From positions 608,001-672,000 of the forward strand of contig JBGARZ010000003.1 in the NCBI GenBank assembly GCA_044229975.1: a stretch of 64,000 nt of DNA. The letters are read 5' to 3'. Positions 56,536 through 64,000 of this stretch are shown here, piece by piece. A model generated the notes under the pieces. It made no database searches and was not told where the DNA came from. It worked only from the letters and a program-made list of their open reading frames with translations. The translations under genes and the position numbers were made by a program. This DNA is from Polyangiales bacterium. GTDB taxonomy: Bacteria; Myxococcota_A; Polyangia; Polyangiales; Ga0077539. The first letter of the stretch is position 1; every line of letters begins with the position of its first letter.

Positions 56536-57888
56536 TCAGGCTTCCAGCTTGAGCTGTACGAGCAGCGGCCAGTGCCGCGACAGCGATCGCGCGAAGTAGC
56601 TGCACTGCGCCAACGCGTTGACGGCGTCGTCCTCGGGCGACGTGCCGTGCCGCGACGCCGTGGCGTACGCCGTGCGCTGCGCGACGAGCGAGCCCAGCTC
56701 CGGGGCCGCGGCTCCGTCGGCCGTGGCCGTGGTCGGCGTCGCCCGCAGCGCCGCGGCGCGACCGGGCGGCAGCGCGGCGGCGAGCAGGTCGACGACCCGC
56801 AGCTCCTGCACCACCGGCGGCGGCGTCACGAGGTGATGAACAACCGCCAGCCCATCACCCAGGTGACCAGGCAGACGGTCGGCGCCCTGCGGGTGCGCGT
56901 GCGGCTTGATGGCCTCCCAGTGCATCTGCCGATCTTGCAGATGGATGTCCGCCGGGTTGACGGCGGCGAAGCTGGCGAGGAGACCGTCGTGGCGCTCGGT
57001 GGTCACCTTCCAGAAGTCGTCGCCCAGCACGGTGCCGCACGCGCTCGGTCGGATGAACTCCGCGTCGAACTCCTCCTCCAGCTCGCGCAGCCCCTCCGCC
57101 GCGTCGCCGGGCGCGGAGACGAACAGCAGCGCCGAGTCGGGCATCGGGGCCGTCGGCTCGCGCTCCTCCGGGGTGGCGGCCACGCGCAGCGACTCCCACG
57201 GGCGCTCTGGCGTCGTGAGCCCGAGCGAGGCCACCACGCACACCGGCTCGGCGCGGTAGGCCGGGGCGGAGAAGGTCGCGGCGATGAGCGAGCCGGTCAC
57301 CCCGGCGGACTCCATCACCGGCGCCTCGATCACGTCCGTCTTCTGGAGCGCGAAACCCTTGCCCGACGCGTACAGAAACGCCACCGTGGTCCAGCGGTCG
57401 TAGAGGGTGGCGCCGGTCTTCCGGTCGCGGGGCAGCACCAGCTGCCAGCCGCTACCACCGTCGATGGACTGGAGCTTCGCGAGGATGCGTCGCACCTCGG
57501 CCACCCCGGAGTCCGCGGGCGCGTCTTCGAGCGCGACGTGCGCCGTGGGCCCCGACCCCCGCCGGACAGGCACCTTCTGCACGTTGCGGGTGATGCCTGC
57601 CAGCACGACGACGTGGACGTCGAGCGACGCGATGAGGTGCGCGTACGCGTCGATGGCAAACTGCGGCCGCACCGTCGGGGTAAACAGTCCGCCGCCCAGC
57701 TCGGAGACGTGCCAGAAGACCACCCGCGCGGGCGGCTTGGAGCGGACCTCGTCCTGGGCGTCGCGCGGACGGGGTGCGAAGGGACACGGAGCGACCGCGG
57801 GGGTGCCGCGACGTGCGGGCGCATCGGCGGCCGCGAGCAGCGCATCGAGACGCTCGTTGGGCGGAGCGCCGGGCAGGGGAATGGGCAT
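56536..57888 (-). CDS. Degenerate EEP (DNase I-like endonuclease/exonuclease/phosphatase) fold protein
   Basis: RVVFWHV (cf. xWNV), IASLDVHVVVLAGI (cf. D...LQE), AFLY, terminal LSRHWPLLVQL (cf. SDHxP). Confidence 0.55.
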   Translation of the reverse strand: MPIPLPGAPPNERLDALLAAADAPARRGTPAVAPCPFAPRPRDAQDEVRSKPPARVVFWHVSELGGGLFTPTVRPQFAIDAYAHLIASLDVHVVVLAGITRNVQKVPVRRGSGPTAHVALEDAPADSGVAEVRRILAKLQSIDGGSGWQLVLPRDRKTGATLYDRWTTVAFLYASGKGFALQKTDVIEAPVMESAGVTGSLIAATFSAPAYRAEPVCVVASLGLTTPERPWESLRVAATPEEREPTAPMPDSALLFVSAPGDAAEGLRELEEEFDAEFIRPSACGTVLGDDFWKVTTERHDGLLASFAAVNPADIHLQDRQMHWEAIKPHAHPQGADRLPGHLGDGLAVVHHLVTPPPVVQELRVVDLLAAALPPGRAAALRATPTTATADGAAAPELGSLVAQRTAYATASRHGTSPEDDAVNALAQCSYFARSLSRHWPLLVQLKLEA

Positions 57889-57889
57889 C

Positions 57890-58240
57890 TCAGCCCTCCC
57901 GGTCGAGGCGTCGCAGGGCGGCCCGCCAGACCTTGCGGACGCGCAGCGTGGCGTTGGTGATGGTCGGGTCGCGCATGCCCTGGTCGATCCACGCGACGTC
58001 GGGTCGCTGCCAGTCGGCGCCGAAGATCATCGCGAGGTCCATGAGTCGTAGCTGGTCGTCGGTCTGACCGACGCCGTACTCGCCGCAGCGTCGAACGACC
58101 TCGGCGACGGCGGCCTTGAGCTTCACCGCACCGAGCGCCGAGGCCGCGCCGGCGTGGACGGTCTCGGCGTGCGTGAGCAGGAGCTTGTGACTGACGACCG
58201 CGGAGAGGGTGTGAATCTGCGCGGTTCGAATCTTCAGCAT
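57890..58240 (-). CDS. Small helical protein resembling the C-terminal domain of DUF4123/T6SS-adaptor-associated proteins
   Basis: MLKIRTAQ...RCGEYGV...MDLAMIFGADW...W pattern; 1-bp gap to the next gene. Confidence 0.55.
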   Translation of the reverse strand: MLKIRTAQIHTLSAVVSHKLLLTHAETVHAGAASALGAVKLKAAVAEVVRRCGEYGVGQTDDQLRLMDLAMIFGADWQRPDVAWIDQGMRDPTITNATLRVRKVWRAALRRLDREG

Positions 58241-58394
58241 CGTGGCATCGGGTCCGTCGGTGGGGTGCGGCATCGTAACCGTGCGCGAGAGGACGACGAT
58301 GGAGGAGCGCGTTCAACAAATGTTTGGGGGGTAGCGTCTCCGTCGGGTGGCTTCAGCGATGCACACCCCGAGCGCTTCGTCGCCTGCGGCTGGG

Positions 58395-58458
58395 GCCACG
58401 CAACGATCGCTTCGGATGGGTGTACGAGCCGCCGCAGACGTTCTGACCTACGCGCTCT
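58395..58458 (+). repeat. Gene-end direct repeat, copy D (overlaps the yafJ stop)
   Basis: GCCACGCAACGATCGCTTCGGATGGGTGTACGAGCCGCCGCAGACGTTCTGACCTACGCGCTCT. Confidence 0.85.
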
Positions 58459-59230
58459 TCAGCGTCGCCGCGAGCTTTCCCTTCCGGAACACCCACAGCG
58501 TCCCGGGCTCTCCGTGCGTCCACACCTCGTCGACGGTGAGCGGCGCCGTCGCCACCACCGCCACCCGGTCGCGCGGCGTGGTGACGGCGTCGAAGTTCAC
58601 GCTGACGTCGTGGTCCTTGAGCGTCGCCTTGCCGAAGGGCGCGCGGCGCTCGATGAAGCAGAGCTTCGTGTCGCAGCGCGCGAAGAGCGCGTCGCCGTTG
58701 CCCAGCACGAAGTTGAACGTCCCCCGCCGACCGATCTCGCCCGCGACCTTCGCGACGTAGGCCCACAGCACGCCGCGGTCTTCGGGCTCCGTCGGGAAGC
58801 GCTTCGCCACCCGGTTCATCAGCGTGCAGAACGCCCGCTCGCTGTCGGTCTCGCCGATCGGTACATACCGCCCGCGGGTCACCTTCGGCACACCGCGCAC
58901 CGTTCCGTTGTGGGCGAAGACCCAGGCGCGCCCCCACAGCTCGCGCACGAAGGGGTGCGTGTTGGCGAGCTTCACATGCCCGCGCGTCTTCTTCCGGATG
59001 TGCGACACGGCCATCGTCGTCTTGATGGCGTGCCCGCGAACGAACTGCGCCAGCGGGCTCTCCGCGCACGGCGACGCGTCCACGAAGGTGCGCGCCGCCT
59101 TCCCCTCGAAAAACGCGAGGCCCCACCCGTCTCCGTGCGGCCCCGTCCTCCCTCCGCGCTGCGAAAACCCGGTGAACGAAAACACGATGTCCGTAGGCGT
59201 GTTGCAGTCCATCCCGAGCAGCTCACACAT
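58448..59230 (-). CDS. yafJ: Class II glutamine amidotransferase (YafJ-like)
   Basis: MCELLGM N-terminal nucleophile Cys, HGDGWG, NTHPF, FAHNG, GETDSE. Confidence 0.9.
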   Translation of the reverse strand: MCELLGMDCNTPTDIVFSFTGFSQRGGRTGPHGDGWGLAFFEGKAARTFVDASPCAESPLAQFVRGHAIKTTMAVSHIRKKTRGHVKLANTHPFVRELWGRAWVFAHNGTVRGVPKVTRGRYVPIGETDSERAFCTLMNRVAKRFPTEPEDRGVLWAYVAKVAGEIGRRGTFNFVLGNGDALFARCDTKLCFIERRAPFGKATLKDHDVSVNFDAVTTPRDRVAVVATAPLTVDEVWTHGEPGTLWVFRKGKLAATLKSA

Positions 59231-59251
59231 CGCGCCGACGTCTCTCCTCTT

Positions 59252-60595
59252 TCAGCCTGTGATGCCCGCGCGTCGTCGCACGGCGACCGCTTGCGCCCGC
59301 GCCCGCGCCCGCACCGACGCCTCGTCCACCGTCGTGAGCGACCCGTCGTGCAGCAGCACCTTCCCGTCCACCACCACGTGCCGCACGTCCCGCGACTGCG
59401 CCGCGTACACCACCCGCGCCGCGGGCTCTCCCCACGGCTCGATGTGCGTCGCCGACAGGTCGATGACCGTCACGTCCGCGCGCTTGCCGATCTCCAACGA
59501 CCCCACCTCGCGGTCGAGCCCGAGCGCCTTCGCGCCGTCGATGGTCGCCATCCGCAGCACCCGCCGCGCAGGCAACGCCCCGGTGTCGCCAAAGCGCTTC
59601 GCCAGCAGCGACGCGAGACGCATCTCGACGAGCGCGTCGAGGTTGTTGTTGCACGCCGCGCCGTCGGCGCCGATGCCCACCACCAGCCCCGCGCGCTGCA
59701 TCCGCGCCACCTTCGCCACGCCCGACCCGAGCTTCAGGTTGGCGCTCGGGCAGTGGGCGATGCGGGTCTCGTCCTTCGCCATCGCGCGGCGCTGCTGCGG
59801 CGTGAGCTGCACCCCGTGCGCGACCACCACGTCGGGCCCCGCGAAGCCCCACTTCCGCAGCGCGTCGACGTCGTCCATGCCGAGCGCCGCCCGCACCGCG
59901 TCGCGCTCGCCCGGGTGCTCCGCTGCGTGCGTGTGCATCCACGCCCCGCGCGACCTCGCCCGCTCGACGCACCCGCGGAAGAGGTCTTCGGTGCACGACA
60001 GGATGAAGCGCGGCGAGTAGGCGTAGCGCAGCCGACCGTCCGCCGCCCCGTGCCAGCGAGCGCACAGCGCGTCGGCCTCCGCGAGGCTCTCCGCCGTCGT
60101 CTCCCGCAGCCCCTTCGGAACGCCCTCCCCCGCGTCCATCATCGTCTTCCCCGACACGGCCCGCATCCCGGAGTCGCGCAGCGCCTCGAAGACCGCGTCG
60201 TGGTGACGCACGGTGCCCATGTCGAGCACCGTGGTGGTGCCGCCCTTCACGAGCTCTGCGATGCCGAGGTCGGCGCTCGCGCGCAGCGAAGCGGGGTCGT
60301 GCGCGGCCTCCAGCGGCCAGATGCGATCGTGGAGCCACTGGAGCAGCGGCAGGTCGTCGCCCATGCCGCGGAAGAGCGTCTGGCAGAGGTGCACGTGCGC
60401 CTGCACGAAGCCCGGGAGCAGCGCGCACCCGTCGACGTCGAGCACGCGGAGCGTACGACCCGACCGCGACGCCGCCTCCGCAGCGCCGTCACCCATGGCG
60501 ACGATGCGCCCATTGGAGATCCACATGCTGCCGGGCAGGACGCGATCGTCGGGGTCACAGGTGACGAGGGTGCCGCCGCGGAGGAGCAGGTCCAT
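59252..60595 (-). CDS. Amidohydrolase, 5'-deoxyadenosine/MTA/SAH deaminase family
   Basis: PGFVQAHVH, HTHAAE, AHCPSANLKLGSG, GADGAACNN, GSLEIGKRAD. Confidence 0.88.
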   Translation of the reverse strand: MDLLLRGGTLVTCDPDDRVLPGSMWISNGRIVAMGDGAAEAASRSGRTLRVLDVDGCALLPGFVQAHVHLCQTLFRGMGDDLPLLQWLHDRIWPLEAAHDPASLRASADLGIAELVKGGTTTVLDMGTVRHHDAVFEALRDSGMRAVSGKTMMDAGEGVPKGLRETTAESLAEADALCARWHGAADGRLRYAYSPRFILSCTEDLFRGCVERARSRGAWMHTHAAEHPGERDAVRAALGMDDVDALRKWGFAGPDVVVAHGVQLTPQQRRAMAKDETRIAHCPSANLKLGSGVAKVARMQRAGLVVGIGADGAACNNNLDALVEMRLASLLAKRFGDTGALPARRVLRMATIDGAKALGLDREVGSLEIGKRADVTVIDLSATHIEPWGEPAARVVYAAQSRDVRHVVVDGKVLLHDGSLTTVDEASVRARARAQAVAVRRRAGITG

Positions 60596-60682
60596 GGGTC
60601 GACCGGAGGATGCCTGCGGTGTGCGTCACAGGGCAACGTCCTCGCGTGGACGCACGCGCGAAAGCTGCGGTATGACGGCGCC

Positions 60683-62461
60683 ATGCGCTCTTGGCTTTCG
60701 CTTGTTTCCGTGCTGACTCTCGCGGCCTGCTCGGCCGAGACCGAACGGACCACCCGCTTCACCCGCGACGGCGGCACCAGCAGCGACGGCGGCTCCGTCG
60801 GCCCCTGCGAGGAGGGTCGCATCTACTGCGCCGGCAACGAGCGGTACCTCTGCGAGGGCGGCCAGGCGACCGACCGCCAGACCTGCATGGGCGCCAGCGG
60901 AACGTGCGTTCCGGGCGTCGGTTGTCGCGTCTGCGTGCCCAACGCCGCGCGGTGCGGCGGGCCGTCAGACCAGCAGATCCAGACCTGCGCGGCCGACGGC
61001 TCGCGGTGGGTCGACGGCGCCACCTGCAACACCGCCGACGGCGAGAGCTGCAACGCCGGCGCCTGCTACGACCGCTGCACGGCGAGCAACACCGAGCGCT
61101 CGTACCTCGGCTGCGACTACTGGCCGACCATCACCGCCAACACGGGGCTCGACCCCGCCTTCACCTTCGCGGTGGTGCTCTCCAACCCGCAGACCTACGC
61201 CGTGCGCGCGTCCATCACGGGCGGCACCCTCGCCTCGCCGCGGCAGGTCGAACTCGCCCCCGGAGCCATCCAGACCGTGACGCTCCCGTGGGTGCAGGAG
61301 CTCATCCAGACCAACCCCCTCAACCCCGGTTGCCGTGCGCTGCCAGGCGAGCGCTGCACCGGCGCGGCCCCCGCCACCTCGGTGCTCCGCCGCGGCGGCG
61401 CCTACCATGTGCACAGCAACGGCCCCATCGCCGCCTACCAATTCAATCCGCTCAACTTCAGCCGCGCAGGTGGCTTCTTCTCGTTCTCCAACGACGCCTC
61501 GCTGCTGCTCCCGCAGGCCGTGCTGCGGCAGCGCTACATCGTCTCGACGTGGCCCAACCAGGTCTCCCTCGGCGGAACGTCGGGCGGCTTCGTCGCCATC
61601 ACCGCCGTGACGGGCGAGAACACGGAGGTCACCATCCGCGCGACCTCCAACCTCTCGGCGGGCTCCGGCGTCGCGGCGGTCCGCGCAGGCACCGAGCGCA
61701 CCTTCTCGCTGCGCACCGGCGACGTGCTCGAGCTCATCGGCGAAGGCGCCGGCGACCTCACCGGCTCGACCATCGAGTCGTCGCAGCCCGTGGCGGTCTT
61801 CGTCGGGCACAACTGCACCACCATCCCGGGCGGTCGCCCCGCGTGCGACCACCTCGAAGAGCAGCTCCTCCCCAACGAGACCTGGGGGCGCGACTACGTC
61901 GTGTCGGCCTTGCGCGACCGCGGCCCCGGGGTCCCGACCGTGGTGCGCATCCTCTCGCAGGCCGACGGCAACGAGATCGCCTTCGACCCACCCTCCGCCC
62001 ATGCGCCCGCGACGCTCGCGGCGGGTGAGATGCTGGAGTTCCAGACCAACGCGAACTTCCGGGTGACCGGCTCGCAGGCGCTGCTGGTGTCGCAGTTCAT
62101 GTTCGGACAGGGCGACCAGAACAGCGGCCTCACGACGGGCGACCCCGCCATGGTCTTCGAGGTGCCGGTGCAGCAGTACCGCACCAGCTACGACTTCTTC
62201 GTGCCCGAGACCTATCCCAACAACTTCCTCAACGTCGTCGCGCCCGAAGGCACCACGCTGGAGATGGATGGCAGGCCCCTGGGCGGCACCATGAGCCCCG
62301 TCGGCTCGATGAACATCATCACCGTGATGGTCACCGGCGGCCCGCACCGCCTGCGCTCCACCACCGGCCAGCCCATCGGGCTCAAGGTCTACGGCGTCGC
62401 TCCGTACACCTCGTACGCGTACCCCGGCGGCCTCGATCTCCAGCTCATCACCCCGGGCTGA
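60683..62461 (+). CDS. Lipoprotein with Cys-rich repeats and IgGFc-binding N-terminal-type domain
   Basis: Lipobox LAAC; SYLGCDYW, AYQFNPL, SNDASLLLP, CDHLEEQL, GDPAM, SYAYPGG. Confidence 0.82.
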   Translation: MRSWLSLVSVLTLAACSAETERTTRFTRDGGTSSDGGSVGPCEEGRIYCAGNERYLCEGGQATDRQTCMGASGTCVPGVGCRVCVPNAARCGGPSDQQIQTCAADGSRWVDGATCNTADGESCNAGACYDRCTASNTERSYLGCDYWPTITANTGLDPAFTFAVVLSNPQTYAVRASITGGTLASPRQVELAPGAIQTVTLPWVQELIQTNPLNPGCRALPGERCTGAAPATSVLRRGGAYHVHSNGPIAAYQFNPLNFSRAGGFFSFSNDASLLLPQAVLRQRYIVSTWPNQVSLGGTSGGFVAITAVTGENTEVTIRATSNLSAGSGVAAVRAGTERTFSLRTGDVLELIGEGAGDLTGSTIESSQPVAVFVGHNCTTIPGGRPACDHLEEQLLPNETWGRDYVVSALRDRGPGVPTVVRILSQADGNEIAFDPPSAHAPATLAAGEMLEFQTNANFRVTGSQALLVSQFMFGQGDQNSGLTTGDPAMVFEVPVQQYRTSYDFFVPETYPNNFLNVVAPEGTTLEMDGRPLGGTMSPVGSMNIITVMVTGGPHRLRSTTGQPIGLKVYGVAPYTSYAYPGGLDLQLITPG

Positions 62462-62468
62462 CCCGGTA

Positions 62469-62505
62469 CCCTCCGCCGCGACCACTCTCCCTCCGCCGCG
62501 ACCAC
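62469..62505. repeat. 17-bp direct repeat (CCCTCCGCCGCGACCAC) with 20-bp period
   Basis: Copies at 62469-62485 and 62489-62505, directly before ATG 62510. Confidence 0.8.
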
Positions 62506-62509
62506 ACCG

Positions 62510-64000
62510 ATGAACACTGCCGACGACGATCCGCGCGCCCTCCGCCGTGCGCGACTCCTCACCTGGGCCCCAGCCGCCCTCGCCCTCCTCGTGGCCGTCG
62601 CGATCACCCTCCGCGCGCACGCCCACTTCTTCTTCCCGTACCTCACGCCCGTCTCCAACGACGAGGGCTACATCTCCGCCCTCGGCCTGCGCATGATCCG
62701 CGGCCACTGGCTCCCGTACATCGACGGCGTCTCGCAGCGCGGCCCCATCCTCTACTGGATCGCCGCCCTCGCCATGCGCATCGGCGGCATGTGGAGCTGG
62801 CTGCCCATCCGCGTGCTCGCCCTCCTCTGCGCGCTCTCCACCATCGGGCTCGTCTTCGCGCTCGCGCGGGAGCTCTTCACGCCCGCTGTCGCCGCCGTCG
62901 CGGTGCTCGTCAGCACCTACTTCTTCACCTACGAGCTCAACCCCTGGGACGGCATCGGCTTCAACGGCGAGGTCGTCGCGATGCAGTTCGCGCTCGCCTC
63001 GTGGCTGCTCGTCGCCCGCGCGATGCGCCGCCCCGACGACCCGCGCGGTCTCGTCCGCCGCCGCAACGCGCACCTCGTCGTCGCGGGCGTGCTCGCGGCC
63101 TGCGCCGGGCTCAGCAAGCAGATGGCCCTCAGCCACGCGGTGCCCCTCGCCCTCTGGATCGTCCTCGGCAACGGCGACGCCGAGGTCTCGCCACGCCAAC
63201 GCATCCGCGACCTCACGCGCTTCACCCTCGGCGGCGCGGTGCCCTTCGTGCTGGTCGTCGGCGTCTACGCCGCCACCGGGCACTTCAAGGAGTTCACCTA
63301 CTACTACCAGCGGTACGGCCGGGAGATCTTCATGGCGCCGGTCACGCTCACCGCGTACCGCGACAAGCTGAAGGAGCAGTTCGACAAGTACCTCTTCGGC
63401 ATCGTGGTGATCGGCTCGCTCGGGTGGCTCCTCGCGGCCCGCACGGCCCGCCGCATCGTCGACCATGACGGCCCGCGCGGCTCGGGCTTCCGCGCCGAAG
63501 CGCCTGCGGTGGTGTTGTTCCTCCAACTGCTGGCGGCGGTGTTCGGCGCGTCGTTCACGGGGCGCTTCTTCCCGCACTACTTCGTCGAGGTGTTTCCCAT
63601 CGCGGCCCTCGTCGCAGGCGTCGCGCTCGCCCCCATCCTCGCCCCACCCGCGGCGTCGCTGCGCGGTCGCTTCGCAGGCACGCTCACCCTCGTCCTCGGC
63701 TGCACCGCCCTCCTCTCGGTCTGCGCCTGGAACCTCCACCGCAACGTCCGCCTCCGCCGCGAGACCGACCGCTGGTATCAAGACCCGCGCACCGACCCCA
63801 TCGTGCGCTACGTCACCGAGCGCACCGACCCCGGCGAGCGCATCTTCGTGTGGGGATTCCGCGCCGAGACCTACCTCTCGGCGCAGCGCATGCCCGCGTC
63901 GCGCTTCGTCTACACGGTCTACCCCGCCGGGGTCGTGCCGTGGTTCCAGGCGACGCGCGATGAGGAAGAGCGCCGCGTGACGCCCCACAGCCGCGAGCAG
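62510..64000 (+). CDS. GT39/ArnT-like membrane glycosyltransferase (3' truncated; not in ORF track)
   Basis: Translated by hand: MNTADDDPR...NDEGY...LPYIDG..QRGPILYW...SKQ...FFPHYF...IFVWGF; open to the window end. Confidence 0.8.
   Translation, partial: MNTADDDPRALRRARLLTWAPAALALLVAVAITLRAHAHFFFPYLTPVSNDEGYISALGLRMIRGHWLPYIDGVSQRGPILYWIAALAMRIGGMWSWLPIRVLALLCALSTIGLVFALARELFTPAVAAVAVLVSTYFFTYELNPWDGIGFNGEVVAMQFALASWLLVARAMRRPDDPRGLVRRRNAHLVVAGVLAACAGLSKQMALSHAVPLALWIVLGNGDAEVSPRQRIRDLTRFTLGGAVPFVLVVGVYAATGHFKEFTYYYQRYGREIFMAPVTLTAYRDKLKEQFDKYLFGIVVIGSLGWLLAARTARRIVDHDGPRGSGFRAEAPAVVLFLQLLAAVFGASFTGRFFPHYFVEVFPIAALVAGVALAPILAPPAASLRGRFAGTLTLVLGCTALLSVCAWNLHRNVRLRRETDRWYQDPRTDPIVRYVTERTDPGERIFVWGFRAETYLSAQRMPASRFVYTVYPAGVVPWFQATRDEEERRVTPHSREQ

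Noticed and set aside
52934..58240. CBASS assignment for the NTase operon
   Set aside because: No recognisable Cap effector, E1/E2, JAB, HORMA or TRIP13 gene; the motifs look closer to AbiEii/poly(A)-polymerase-like NTases. Not fully excluded without an HMM search.
49683..58458. Integron attC array, DGR or shufflon as the explanation for the four repeats
   Set aside because: No attC-like dyad symmetry, integrase, reverse transcriptase or invertase is visible; differences are not adenine-specific; all copies are direct.
58154..60682. N-terminal 843 aa of the 1435-aa ORF
   Set aside because: Antisense to yafJ and the amidohydrolase; the lipoprotein signal begins at ATG 60683.
60965..63988. 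1007-aa minus-strand ORF
   Set aside because: Antisense shadow of the IgGFc-type lipoprotein and GT39 genes.

Overview
High-GC, gene-dense window typical of Myxococcota (probably Polyangia-like, inferred from SgmX/MglC, kinase-PEGA-Cys-rich lipoprotein modules and AgmX-like domains). Core content: Tad/CpaF ATPase plus FHA protein, mglC-aroQ-accB-accC-sgmX, tsaB-dtd-astA-ftsB, a GAF-GGDEF cyclase, RpoH-type sigma, sahR-ahcY, a fused TRAP DctQM, four GT-C-like membrane glycosyltransferases, two Ser/Thr kinases, PP2C, Bacillus-type sdhCAB, yafJ and an amidohydrolase. I saw no rRNA, tRNA, CRISPR array, integrase or IS transposase. The most unusual part is an ~8.7 kb accessory region (49.7-58.5 kb) divided by four degenerate direct copies of one 55-75 bp gene-end sequence. 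It holds an Rpn-like PD-(D/E)XK gene with an internal in-frame RBS+ATG, and a three-gene operon: a T6SS-adaptor-like helical protein, a degenerate EEP-fold protein, and an ~1195 aa protein with two nucleotidyltransferase domains and a Cys-to-Ser OTU domain. Other oddities: a SecY-half/SecD-P1 fusion, a duplicated-domain plus J-domain gene pair, a 42-bp palindromic tandem repeat and a 56-aa lipoprotein below the ORF-track cutoff. All domain calls are by-eye motif recognition; no database searches were run.
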